Notes under the pieces: model-generated
Seen by the model: only the letters and a program-made list of their open reading frames with translations
Databases searched by the model: none
Told to the model about the DNA's origin: nothing
Origin: Candidatus Acidiferrales bacterium
Lineage (GTDB): Bacteria; Acidobacteriota; Terriglobia; Acidiferrales; UBA7541
Direction: 5' to 3'
Length of the DNA stretch: 64,000 bases
Assembly (NCBI GenBank): GCA_963701055.1
Contig: OY969563.1
Span: forward strand, 4,980,481-5,044,480
Shown here: piece after piece, positions 1 through 7,597 of the stretch
Numbering within the stretch: position 1 is the stretch's first letter
Layout: every line of letters starts with the position of its first letter
Position numbers and translations under genes: made by a program

Positions 1-106
1 ATCTAGTTCTGGTATGACGTAATTGCCGAAGTGGGCACTAGGACGGACTCGGGCGCATTCGGTGGATGCGGGGGAGCACGACGTATCAGGAGTGAAAACC
101 GTAGCG

Positions 107-1285
107 CTATTGTGATGGAGGTCGAGGCGGCAGCGGGGGAGGACCCATATTCTTCGGCGGAGGAGCTGATGGTGGCGTTGACGGTGGAGTTGGCGGCGGT
201 GGCGGCGCGGCTTTCGGTCGGGAGAATTGTGGAGTTTCGCTGTTTGCGGATTCCAACTGAGCGGCAACATCGGCCGGAAATCCTTCAATCACTAAGCGCC
301 GCTCGATTTCTTTCCCGTAAGGCGTGCCATCGAGTTCAGATCGCGTCATATTGACAGAGGTCAAACTGTCACGAGGCCCTAGATACAGGAGCGCGTCTGC
401 GACTTCTCTTAGCTTCACGGGAGGAGGGGGTGAGGCCGCTGAGTTGGGCGCGGAGCTAATCATCCACTGATACCCCTCCGCCCCTCCTCCAGAGAGAATC
501 GACATCGCGGGCAGTTCGCCGACCCAGTTGCCTGCTAGCGAAACAATGACTGGCACAGGCCAGGAATCGAAGCGGTGATCGAGGTCGTCATAGCCACCGG
601 GAGTATTTGTGCCGACGATAATCAAATAGGTTTTTGCGCCAGCCGCCTGTAACTCCTGCTCGATAGAAAACCTTCGGGGGAAAGGAAGAACACGCGCAAA
701 ATGGCCCCACCCCATGATGAGTAAGGCGCGATGGTGCTTGGCCAGCACCTCATCCTTTACCACCTGTGTGAACCACTGGTCCCTATTGGCCAAATATGGT
801 CCAATATCTCCCTTTTCTTTGACTTTCTCCCAGTCAATATAAGGATCGCCACAGAGGATACGTATCTGGTGCTTGCCTCTGCGTTTCAGGTTCTCTTCGC
901 GGACAGCCTCATACAGCGACGCAGTTACTGGCGAGGGCGGCCCAACTACGCCGACTGTGTTGAGCCATGCTTTCTGCACCTGCTCCAGCGGAACATCTTC
1001 GCCGCTTACATAGCGGTCGACCGATTTTTGGTATAGCGAGTTGCCCATTTCCATAACGATGTCGTCCACGAGGTCAGCAAACTCAGGAGTGGCCACAAGA
1101 GAGCGCAACCATGCATATTCCTGTTTATTCCCGTGGAACTCTCCGAACATCACGATGTCGTGAGTCTCAAAAGCACCCACCACTGCGGCGTTCGCGTTTT
1201 CCAGCTTAAGGTCACCTTGAGCATCGGAGGAAGAGCCAAAAGCAAGGAAGCTGGTCCCAAGAAGCAGGACGTGGCTGAGTTTCAT
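107..1285 (-). CDS. Secreted hypothetical protein, possibly ChaN/erythromycin-esterase (Tiki) superfamily, with a proline-rich C-terminal tail
   Basis: Track ORF 107..1375. I prefer the internal ATG at 1285 (MKLSHVLLLGTSFLAFGSSSDAQG), which gives a Sec-type signal peptide. FGEFHG and MGWGHF resemble the GExH / GxxH motifs of the ChaN/EreA/Tiki fold. The C-terminus is PKAAPPPPPTPPSTPPSAPPPKNMGPPPLPPRPPSQ. Confidence 0.5.
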   Translation of the reverse strand: MKLSHVLLLGTSFLAFGSSSDAQGDLKLENANAAVVGAFETHDIVMFGEFHGNKQEYAWLRSLVATPEFADLVDDIVMEMGNSLYQKSVDRYVSGEDVPLEQVQKAWLNTVGVVGPPSPVTASLYEAVREENLKRRGKHQIRILCGDPYIDWEKVKEKGDIGPYLANRDQWFTQVVKDEVLAKHHRALLIMGWGHFARVLPFPRRFSIEQELQAAGAKTYLIIVGTNTPGGYDDLDHRFDSWPVPVIVSLAGNWVGELPAMSILSGGGAEGYQWMISSAPNSAASPPPPVKLREVADALLYLGPRDSLTSVNMTRSELDGTPYGKEIERRLVIEGFPADVAAQLESANSETPQFSRPKAAPPPPPTPPSTPPSAPPPKNMGPPPLPPRPPSQ

Positions 1286-1432
1286 AGCAATCTCCAAAGT
1301 CCACAGAAGCCAAGTCTCGAAAGACGTTTTCTCAACAATCGATTCGGAGGTGCTGCTCGGCGAATACCAGGACACTTAGTTTTTGAAACACGGCTCGCTC
1401 ATAATAAACAGATGGAATAAACTTACGCTAAG

Positions 1433-1478
1433 CCTTCTAAGCAGAGGGTCGGGAGTTCGAATCTCCCCGGGCGCGCCA
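1433..1478 (+). pseudogene. Orphan 3' half of a tRNA-Arg(UCU) gene (anticodon loop to CCA); no 5' half present
   Basis: Sequence is CCTTCTAAGCAGAGGGTCGGGAGTTCGAATCTCCCCGGGCGCGCCA. It contains the anticodon loop C-T-TCT-A-A, a perfect T arm GGGAG/TTCGAAT/CTCCC, the acceptor 3' strand CGGGCGC, discriminator G and CCA. The complementary 5' acceptor strand GCGCCCG and a D arm are absent from the 100 nt upstream. Confidence 0.6.
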
Positions 1479-1497
1479 CTTTATTTGGATTCATCTG

Positions 1498-3135
1498 TCA
1501 GTGGACCGGTTGCAGATCAAACTTAAAACAGTAGGCATATTTTCCTGGCGGCTGAGCGGGCAGGTGAATGTGTATGCCATCGGACTTTTGCTCGTAGGAG
1601 AGCTTGCCGTCGTAGCCAAGTAAGGAAACAGACTCGATTTTAGAAGTTCCAAGCCCAGCTTGATCAAGAGAGTGGATCACCGCTTCTCGCGAATCAGGCC
1701 ATGCCAGCTCAATGGCGTAAAGCGAATTTCCTTTGGTGGCGAAGCGAAAATCCTGCGGAGTGAAAGGCTTCACGTCTGTGTCGTGGAAAGGACCTTGCAC
1801 GATTTCGGTGGGTCCTTCCCCGAACTTGATCCAAGGACGCGTGCCGTAGATTGCTTCTCCGTTCACTCTCAGCCAGGAACCAATGTCTCGCAGTGTGGTT
1901 TGCACCTGCTCGGGGATCGTGCCGTCGGAGCGCGGCCCAATGTTCACCAGCAAATTTCCATTCTTGCTCACAATGTCAATGAGCTGATGAATGATCGTCT
2001 CCGCTGGCTTATAAGTGTCGTTTACGATGTAGCCCCATGATTTGATGCTGATGGACGTGTCCGTCTGCCAGTAGAGAGAGCGGATGCCGGCAAGCTGGCC
2101 GCGTTCAATATCCAGTACGGCGGAATGCTCCTCCATTGCGCTGAGTTTGTAATTGATGACTGGCACTTTGCTCTGGCTCGCGGCGCGGTTGTAATAAAAC
2201 GCAGCGAATTTCGCGACGTACTTACGGGCGTTCGGTTGTCCAATCCACCAATCGAAATACATAATGTCCGGATTGTACTTCTCCACAATTTCCGCATCGC
2301 GCGCCAGCCAATCGTCCAGATATTCGTTGCTCAGGTAAGTCCAATCCTCTAGCAGGCTCGTCTTGCTTTCCAACCACGCATGGGCAGGTCCGTAAAATGC
2401 CGCATACCGCGGATCGTTGACGTCCGAATCAAACTTGCGGCCTCCGTCCATGAAAAAGTCATGCTCGACCCGATGCGACGAAGCACCCAGACGCAGACCT
2501 TTCGCTCGCAGCGCTTTGGCTAGCTGCCCATAAACGTCCCGGTGCGGGCCCATTTTCACCGCGGTCCAATCGGAGAGTCCGCTATCGTACATGGCGAACC
2601 CGTCGTGGTGTTCGAAGACGGGCACCACATATTTTGCGCCGGACTCCTCGAATAGAGTGGCCCACTGTTCAGCGTCAAAATGTTCGGCAGTAAATTGCAG
2701 GATAAAATCCTTGTAGCCAAACTGCGAGAGCGGGCCATGCGTCGCAATCTCATGTTTGTACTCTTCCGACCCTTCCTGATACATCAGGCGCGGATACCAT
2801 TCGCTTCCGAATGCCGGGACGGAATAGACTCCCCAGTGGATAAAGATTCCAAACTTGGCGTCTTTGAACCAATCGGGAGTCTCATAGTTGCGCAGCGATT
2901 CCCAGTCGGCGCGGTAAGGTCCTCCATTCGCGATCCGGTCCACTTCGGCCAACAAAGCATTACGTTCAGGATCAAACTTTGCATTTGCTTTCCGCCAGAC
3001 TTGGTCGATTTCCTCGGCGGTTTGAGACGCGGTTGGCTCCGTGTTGGATGACGGAACTTGGGCAAACGTGGAAAGCGACAGAAAAAGGCTGAGGCCCGCA
3101 AGAAATAGCGAGGTCCGCGGCGGGCGTTCCTTCAT
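1498..3135 (-). CDS. Alpha-L-fucosidase, glycoside hydrolase family 29, secreted
   Basis: Track ORF 1498..3183. FGIFIHWGVYSVPAFGSEWYPRLMY and VFEHHDGFAMYDS are typical GH29 blocks. I prefer the ATG at 3135 (MKERPPRTSLFLAGLSLFLSLSTFAQ, signal peptide), which is preceded by AAGGAG 8 nt upstream. Confidence 0.9.
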   Translation of the reverse strand: MKERPPRTSLFLAGLSLFLSLSTFAQVPSSNTEPTASQTAEEIDQVWRKANAKFDPERNALLAEVDRIANGGPYRADWESLRNYETPDWFKDAKFGIFIHWGVYSVPAFGSEWYPRLMYQEGSEEYKHEIATHGPLSQFGYKDFILQFTAEHFDAEQWATLFEESGAKYVVPVFEHHDGFAMYDSGLSDWTAVKMGPHRDVYGQLAKALRAKGLRLGASSHRVEHDFFMDGGRKFDSDVNDPRYAAFYGPAHAWLESKTSLLEDWTYLSNEYLDDWLARDAEIVEKYNPDIMYFDWWIGQPNARKYVAKFAAFYYNRAASQSKVPVINYKLSAMEEHSAVLDIERGQLAGIRSLYWQTDTSISIKSWGYIVNDTYKPAETIIHQLIDIVSKNGNLLVNIGPRSDGTIPEQVQTTLRDIGSWLRVNGEAIYGTRPWIKFGEGPTEIVQGPFHDTDVKPFTPQDFRFATKGNSLYAIELAWPDSREAVIHSLDQAGLGTSKIESVSLLGYDGKLSYEQKSDGIHIHLPAQPPGKYAYCFKFDLQPVH

Positions 3136-3198
3136 TGGCGTTTCTCCTTTTGCGGCTCGCAAAAATCGAGTTCTATTGCGCATAGATAGTCAGGCCCA

Positions 3199-4554
3199 TT
3201 ATGAAGATATCGATCCCGCATCCTCGGCAAGAGCCGGTACGAACGCTTCGCGGTGGGCACCCAAAAATGAATATGCACAGATATAGGCGTACGCGATCAA
3301 AGGAATTGAGTACGCCCAAGCCAGGCTATGCAACTTTTCCGAGATCAGCCCCATGATCGGGGTGAGGACTGCGCCCCCGACGATGGCCATCACCAAAAAC
3401 GAACCGCCAATCTTCGTGTTCGGGCCGAGGCCTTTCAGCCCGAGAGCAAATATCGTTGGGAACATAAGCGACATAAAGAAGCTGGTGAGAAAAATACACC
3501 ATACGCCCATCCAGCCGGGACTGAACACGCCGATGGACACCAGGACAATATTGGCAATGGCATAGGCGCCCATCAAACGGCTGGGGGAAAGAAAACGCAT
3601 CAGATAGGCGGAAACAAAACGGCCCACGCCAAATGCAGCCAGCGTGCCGGTAAGAAAATAGCCAGCGATCTTTTCCGGTTGGTGGGCATACTCCTGAACA
3701 TAAGAAATGAAGTAGCTCCAGGTGCCGACCTGCGCTCCGACGTAGAAGAACTGCGCAACTACGGCGAAAATAAAATGCCTTTCCTTGAAGAGCTGAAGAA
3801 AACTGCCGTCTTCGCTGGAGTCTGAGTCCGATTCACTTTCGCTTGCAATCGCCGGGAACTTTGTTCGAAGGATAAGAAGAGCCCAGATCACGGCTACAAC
3901 ACCGATCACCAGATAGGGGCGCACCACACGCAAAGTCTCAAATCGCAGATAGGCGTTGTAGGTGTGCAGCGCCTGGCGTTCTGCAATTTGTTGCGGGGTC
4001 AGCTCGACGCCGGAAAAGATAAATACCGTCCCGATCAGTGCGCCGGTAACGGCCCCGAGCGGATTAAATGCTTGCGAGAAATTCAGCCGGCGCTCCGAAC
4101 TGTCTGGATCCCCGAGCTGCGCGATAAACGGATTGGAGGCGGTCTCAAGAAATGACAGTCCGCTGGCAATCACAAAAAGGGCAAACAGGAAGAAAGCATA
4201 GCTGCCGCCCAAAGCAGCGGGCCAAAACAAAAACGCACCCGCCGCAAAAAGAAGCAAGCCCATCACAATTCCGCCCTTGTACCCCACGCGCTTCATCATC
4301 AGCGCGGCGGGAATGGCCAAAAGGAAATAACCCAGATAGAAAGCAGATTGCACCAATCCGGCCTGAAAGCGGGAGATCGCGAAGGACTTCATGAAGTGCC
4401 GAATGAGCACATCGTTTAAGTTGTTGGGCACACCCCAGAGGAAAAAAAGCGCAGTGACCAAGAGGAAAGGAATAATGTGGCCGGCGGGGAACAACCCATG
4501 CTCCGCCGACAATCCATTTCCTGTTAGCGTGCTTCCCTTTCGGCCCGTTGTCAT
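3199..4554 (-). CDS. fucP: L-fucose:H+ symporter (MFS)
   Basis: LFFLWGVPNNLNDVLIRHFMKSFAISRFQAGLVQSAFYLGYF and LETASNPFIAQLG closely follow the E. coli FucP sequence as I recall it. The protein is 12-TM-like and hydrophobic. Confidence 0.85.
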   Translation of the reverse strand: MTTGRKGSTLTGNGLSAEHGLFPAGHIIPFLLVTALFFLWGVPNNLNDVLIRHFMKSFAISRFQAGLVQSAFYLGYFLLAIPAALMMKRVGYKGGIVMGLLLFAAGAFLFWPAALGGSYAFFLFALFVIASGLSFLETASNPFIAQLGDPDSSERRLNFSQAFNPLGAVTGALIGTVFIFSGVELTPQQIAERQALHTYNAYLRFETLRVVRPYLVIGVVAVIWALLILRTKFPAIASESESDSDSSEDGSFLQLFKERHFIFAVVAQFFYVGAQVGTWSYFISYVQEYAHQPEKIAGYFLTGTLAAFGVGRFVSAYLMRFLSPSRLMGAYAIANIVLVSIGVFSPGWMGVWCIFLTSFFMSLMFPTIFALGLKGLGPNTKIGGSFLVMAIVGGAVLTPIMGLISEKLHSLAWAYSIPLIAYAYICAYSFLGAHREAFVPALAEDAGSISS

Positions 4555-4602
4555 CGTCGAATCCTCTTTCGAAGGTGGAACTGCTGTGCGTGAAGATTGC
4601 GA

Positions 4603-5616
4603 TTAGTCAACTTGCACCATGATTTTGGTAAACTTCGACGGATTCTTGCTCCACATCTCCAGGATACCTGGCGCTTCTTCGAGGGACACGATCGAGCCGA
4701 CCGCATCTTCGACAGGAAATTGTTTTTCCTCGAGCATCTTGATCACCTTTCGAAAATCCGCGGGCAGAGCATTCCGCGAACCAAGAATATCGAGTTCTTT
4801 CTGGACGAAGAGCCTGGTCTCATAAGCCACTGGTTCCTTGGCGTAGCCAATGTAAACGACGCGCCCGGTAAAGGCCACTTCCTCGACCGCCGCGCGGAAA
4901 GTTTGGGGATGGCCGACTGCTTCGATGATCACATCGGGGCCTCTGCCGTCGGTAAACTCCAGCAATCGCCGGTGAAGTGAGTCTTTGCTTGAATTCAAAA
5001 TGTGGGCCGCGCCCACTTTTCTGGCGATCTCAAGCTTTTGATCATCCACATCGATCGCAATCGTTCTCGCTCCCGCATATCGCGAAGCCGCAATCGCTCC
5101 CAGACCCACGCCCCCGCAACCAATAACGCCAACGGTGTCGGTCGAATCAACGCGCCCCCTTGAAACCGCGTGAAAGCCAACCGTCAGGGGCTCGACCAGA
5201 CAAAGTTCCTTGATCGTGAGCGCCGCCGCATAAAGTTTGTCGGGCGGCATGGCGATGTATTCCGTAAGCGCGCCGTCGCGCTGCACGCCCAGGGTTTCGT
5301 TACACGCGCACGCGTTGGGCCGTCCCCGCAGGCAAGAAGCGCATTTCCCGCAGTTCGTGTAGGGAGACATGGTGACGGCCGTGCCCGGAGCAAGTCCGGA
5401 CGACGAACAATTCCCTGCTACAATCGTGGCGGCAATTTCGTGGCCCGGGATTCGTGGAAAACGCACGATGGGATTACGGCCGCGGTAGGAATTCAAATCG
5501 CTTCCGCACAACCCCACCATCCGCACATGTAGCAAAACATCCTTTGGATCCAGCTTCGGCTCTGCAACCTCTTCAATTGCTGCCTCTCCCGGCTTTCTGA
5601 TGATCAGAGCTTTCAT
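4603..5616 (-). CDS. Zinc-dependent alcohol/sugar dehydrogenase (MDR family)
   Basis: Track ORF 4603..5775. I prefer the ATG at 5616 (MKALIIRKPGEA), 5 nt after the stop of the upstream gene. Motifs seen: GLCGSDL, GHE, a structural-zinc Cys cluster (CGKCASCLRGRPNAC) and a Rossmann motif GVIGCGGVG. Confidence 0.8.
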   Translation of the reverse strand: MKALIIRKPGEAAIEEVAEPKLDPKDVLLHVRMVGLCGSDLNSYRGRNPIVRFPRIPGHEIAATIVAGNCSSSGLAPGTAVTMSPYTNCGKCASCLRGRPNACACNETLGVQRDGALTEYIAMPPDKLYAAALTIKELCLVEPLTVGFHAVSRGRVDSTDTVGVIGCGGVGLGAIAASRYAGARTIAIDVDDQKLEIARKVGAAHILNSSKDSLHRRLLEFTDGRGPDVIIEAVGHPQTFRAAVEEVAFTGRVVYIGYAKEPVAYETRLFVQKELDILGSRNALPADFRKVIKMLEEKQFPVEDAVGSIVSLEEAPGILEMWSKNPSKFTKIMVQVD

Positions 5617-5621
5617 GTTTT

Positions 5622-7016
5622 TTACTGGCGTGATTTTCCAGACGGCGTGAGCTTGTATAAAACGCATGAATGGGGAGCAAGAACAATCGCGAACGTTGGG
5701 CTGGTGTTCAAATCCTTTCGTTCCCACAAATCCCGTTGCGAATATTCCTTGGCAGGCAAGCCGAGATCGGCCCAAGAGTAGTGCAGCGTCTGAGACGATT
5801 CACTCCGGTTAAACGCAGCAACATAGAACGCTTCGTTCGATGGCGACTTCGCAGTCCAGACAACAATTGAATCGTTCGCGATCGCAGGATGATTTTCCGT
5901 GGACTGCTGATCCACCAGCAGCACTTCCGGATTCGTCAACAAAGATTTCGTCCACGCATCCGCAGAAGGAAGTTCGCCACCGATCATCAGAGGCGAAGGA
6001 AAAATCGACCATAAAGTTACGAGAGTGCGTTGCTCATCGTGAGACAGCCGCGTCTGCCTGGCCTTGCCCCAACCGGGAGCGGGCCCCAAATACCCAAGCG
6101 GCAACATATCTGCATCGGGCCAGTGGCCACGCTGCGACTTACCCGCCCATTTCAACACATTCGCGAACTGATCTCCGAGACCTTGCGGATACGCCACATC
6201 GCTGTGCCACAAATCCCAAATATCATCGGATATCCGCCACATCTGCGCATACTTCCGCATCTCCTCGGTTTTTTCGATCGGGGCCGGGCCCGGCGAAAGG
6301 CTCAGGACGATGGGGTGGCCGGTCTTCGCAAGCGCCGTACTCAACGTTCGAATTTCTTCACCGCGATAGGGATGGCTGCTGATGCAATCCACCTTGATCA
6401 GATCCACTCCCCAACTTGCATAGAGCGCCGCGATGGAGTCGTAATACGCTTGCGCTCCGGGTTTCGCGGCGTCAATTCCATAGTTGTCTGGATTCCACGG
6501 ACAAGTTTCCGTCACATCCGCGGCATCGCTTGCCTTATACGAAGAACCGGCGATTGGCAGATTTGCTTCGACAGCTTTCTTAGGAATCCCTCTCAGAATA
6601 TGTATGCCGAATTTCAGTCCCAAGGAATGGACATAATCACCCAGGGGTTTGAATCCTGCGCCGCCTTCCGACGATGGGAATCGATTTACGGCTGGGACAT
6701 AGCGGCCGTTGGAATCCATGCTGTATAACGAAGACTTTGAATTTCCTTCGGGAGTCGGATTCGTGACGAACCATTCCATATCAACGACAATATATTGCCA
6801 ACCGTACGGCTTCAGATTGCTGGAGAACCATTCGGCATTGGATTTTACCTGCGCTTCATTGATCGTTGTTCCGTAGCCATCCCAGCTATTCCATCCCAGG
6901 GGAGGATTGAGGGCGAGTGCGGGCGCGCCAACCTGTTGGGCGCATAGTGAGGAAAGAATTGCAAAAGTCAGGACGCTAAAAAGGCAGATGCTCAGAAGTT
7001 GACGCAAGGGATGCAA
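5622..7016 (-). CDS. Glycoside hydrolase family 27 (alpha-galactosidase-like), secreted
   Basis: PPLGWNSWDGYG near the N-terminus and the DLIKVDC nucleophile block fit GH27/clan GH-D. Signal peptide is LLSICLFSVLTFAILSSLCAQQ. The start is TTG at 7016. Confidence 0.75.
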   Translation of the reverse strand: MHPLRQLLSICLFSVLTFAILSSLCAQQVGAPALALNPPLGWNSWDGYGTTINEAQVKSNAEWFSSNLKPYGWQYIVVDMEWFVTNPTPEGNSKSSLYSMDSNGRYVPAVNRFPSSEGGAGFKPLGDYVHSLGLKFGIHILRGIPKKAVEANLPIAGSSYKASDAADVTETCPWNPDNYGIDAAKPGAQAYYDSIAALYASWGVDLIKVDCISSHPYRGEEIRTLSTALAKTGHPIVLSLSPGPAPIEKTEEMRKYAQMWRISDDIWDLWHSDVAYPQGLGDQFANVLKWAGKSQRGHWPDADMLPLGYLGPAPGWGKARQTRLSHDEQRTLVTLWSIFPSPLMIGGELPSADAWTKSLLTNPEVLLVDQQSTENHPAIANDSIVVWTAKSPSNEAFYVAAFNRSESSQTLHYSWADLGLPAKEYSQRDLWERKDLNTSPTFAIVLAPHSCVLYKLTPSGKSRQ

Positions 7017-7219
7017 GGGAACCTCGCTTTCTGCAGAGCGTCCAATTACAACAAAGAAGCCTGCCGCGCTATGGAAAATGTCACGTAACTCTTTTTATTG
7101 CAACGCCCCACGAAGGCTAGAGTATTTCTGTTCTCCCGTCAATTAACGCTCTCCCTAGCAAGAACCCATGTCTCCCTCAGGCCGAAACTGCTCTAGCAGG
7201 GCGCACAAAGAGCGATACC

Positions 7220-7256
7220 TTGACGATCGACAATAAATATTGTAGATAATCATAGT
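7220..7256 (+). promoter_or_regulatory. Candidate sigma-70 promoter with an embedded palindrome upstream of padR, possibly giving a leaderless mRNA
   Basis: TTGACG (7220-7225), a 17-nt spacer, then TAGATA (7243-7248), with the ATG at 7257. The 14-bp palindrome ACAATA-AA-TATTGT lies in the spacer. There is no SD before the ATG. Confidence 0.35.
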
Positions 7257-7586
7257 ATGGGAAAACCAAACGATTTAGTGCAGGGAACGCTGGATTTATT
7301 GATCCTGAAGACGATTGCGCTGGAGCCAAAACACGGGTGGGCAATCGCGAAAAGGATTCAGCAAATATCGCGAGAGGTATTGCAAGTGCAGCAAGGATCG
7401 CTCTATCCAGCTTTACACCGGCTGGAACAGAAGGGGTGGATCAAGGGCAAACGCGGCGAAACTGAAACGGGGCGGGAAGCGAAGTTTTATTCGTTGACCG
7501 CGGCCGGACGGGTGCAATTGGAGAGGGAGACTGCAAATTGGGACCGGTTGTCCGCGGCAATTAATCTTGTGGTGCAAAGGTCGTAG
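7257..7586 (+). CDS. PadR family transcriptional regulator
   Basis: GTLDLLILKTIALEPKHGWAIAKRIQQISREVLQVQQGSLYPALHRLEQKGWIKG is the canonical PadR winged-helix core. Confidence 0.9.
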   Translation: MGKPNDLVQGTLDLLILKTIALEPKHGWAIAKRIQQISREVLQVQQGSLYPALHRLEQKGWIKGKRGETETGREAKFYSLTAAGRVQLERETANWDRLSAAINLVVQRS

Positions 7587-7597
7587 GAGAGCGAGCC

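Noticed and set aside
1381-1478. The possibility that the tRNA-like sequence is a complete tRNA or the 3' end of tmRNA.
   Set aside because: There is no 5' acceptor strand complementary to CGGGCGC and no D arm within 100 nt. tmRNA requires a GGGG...CCCC acceptor with G3-U70, which is not compatible with this acceptor strand.
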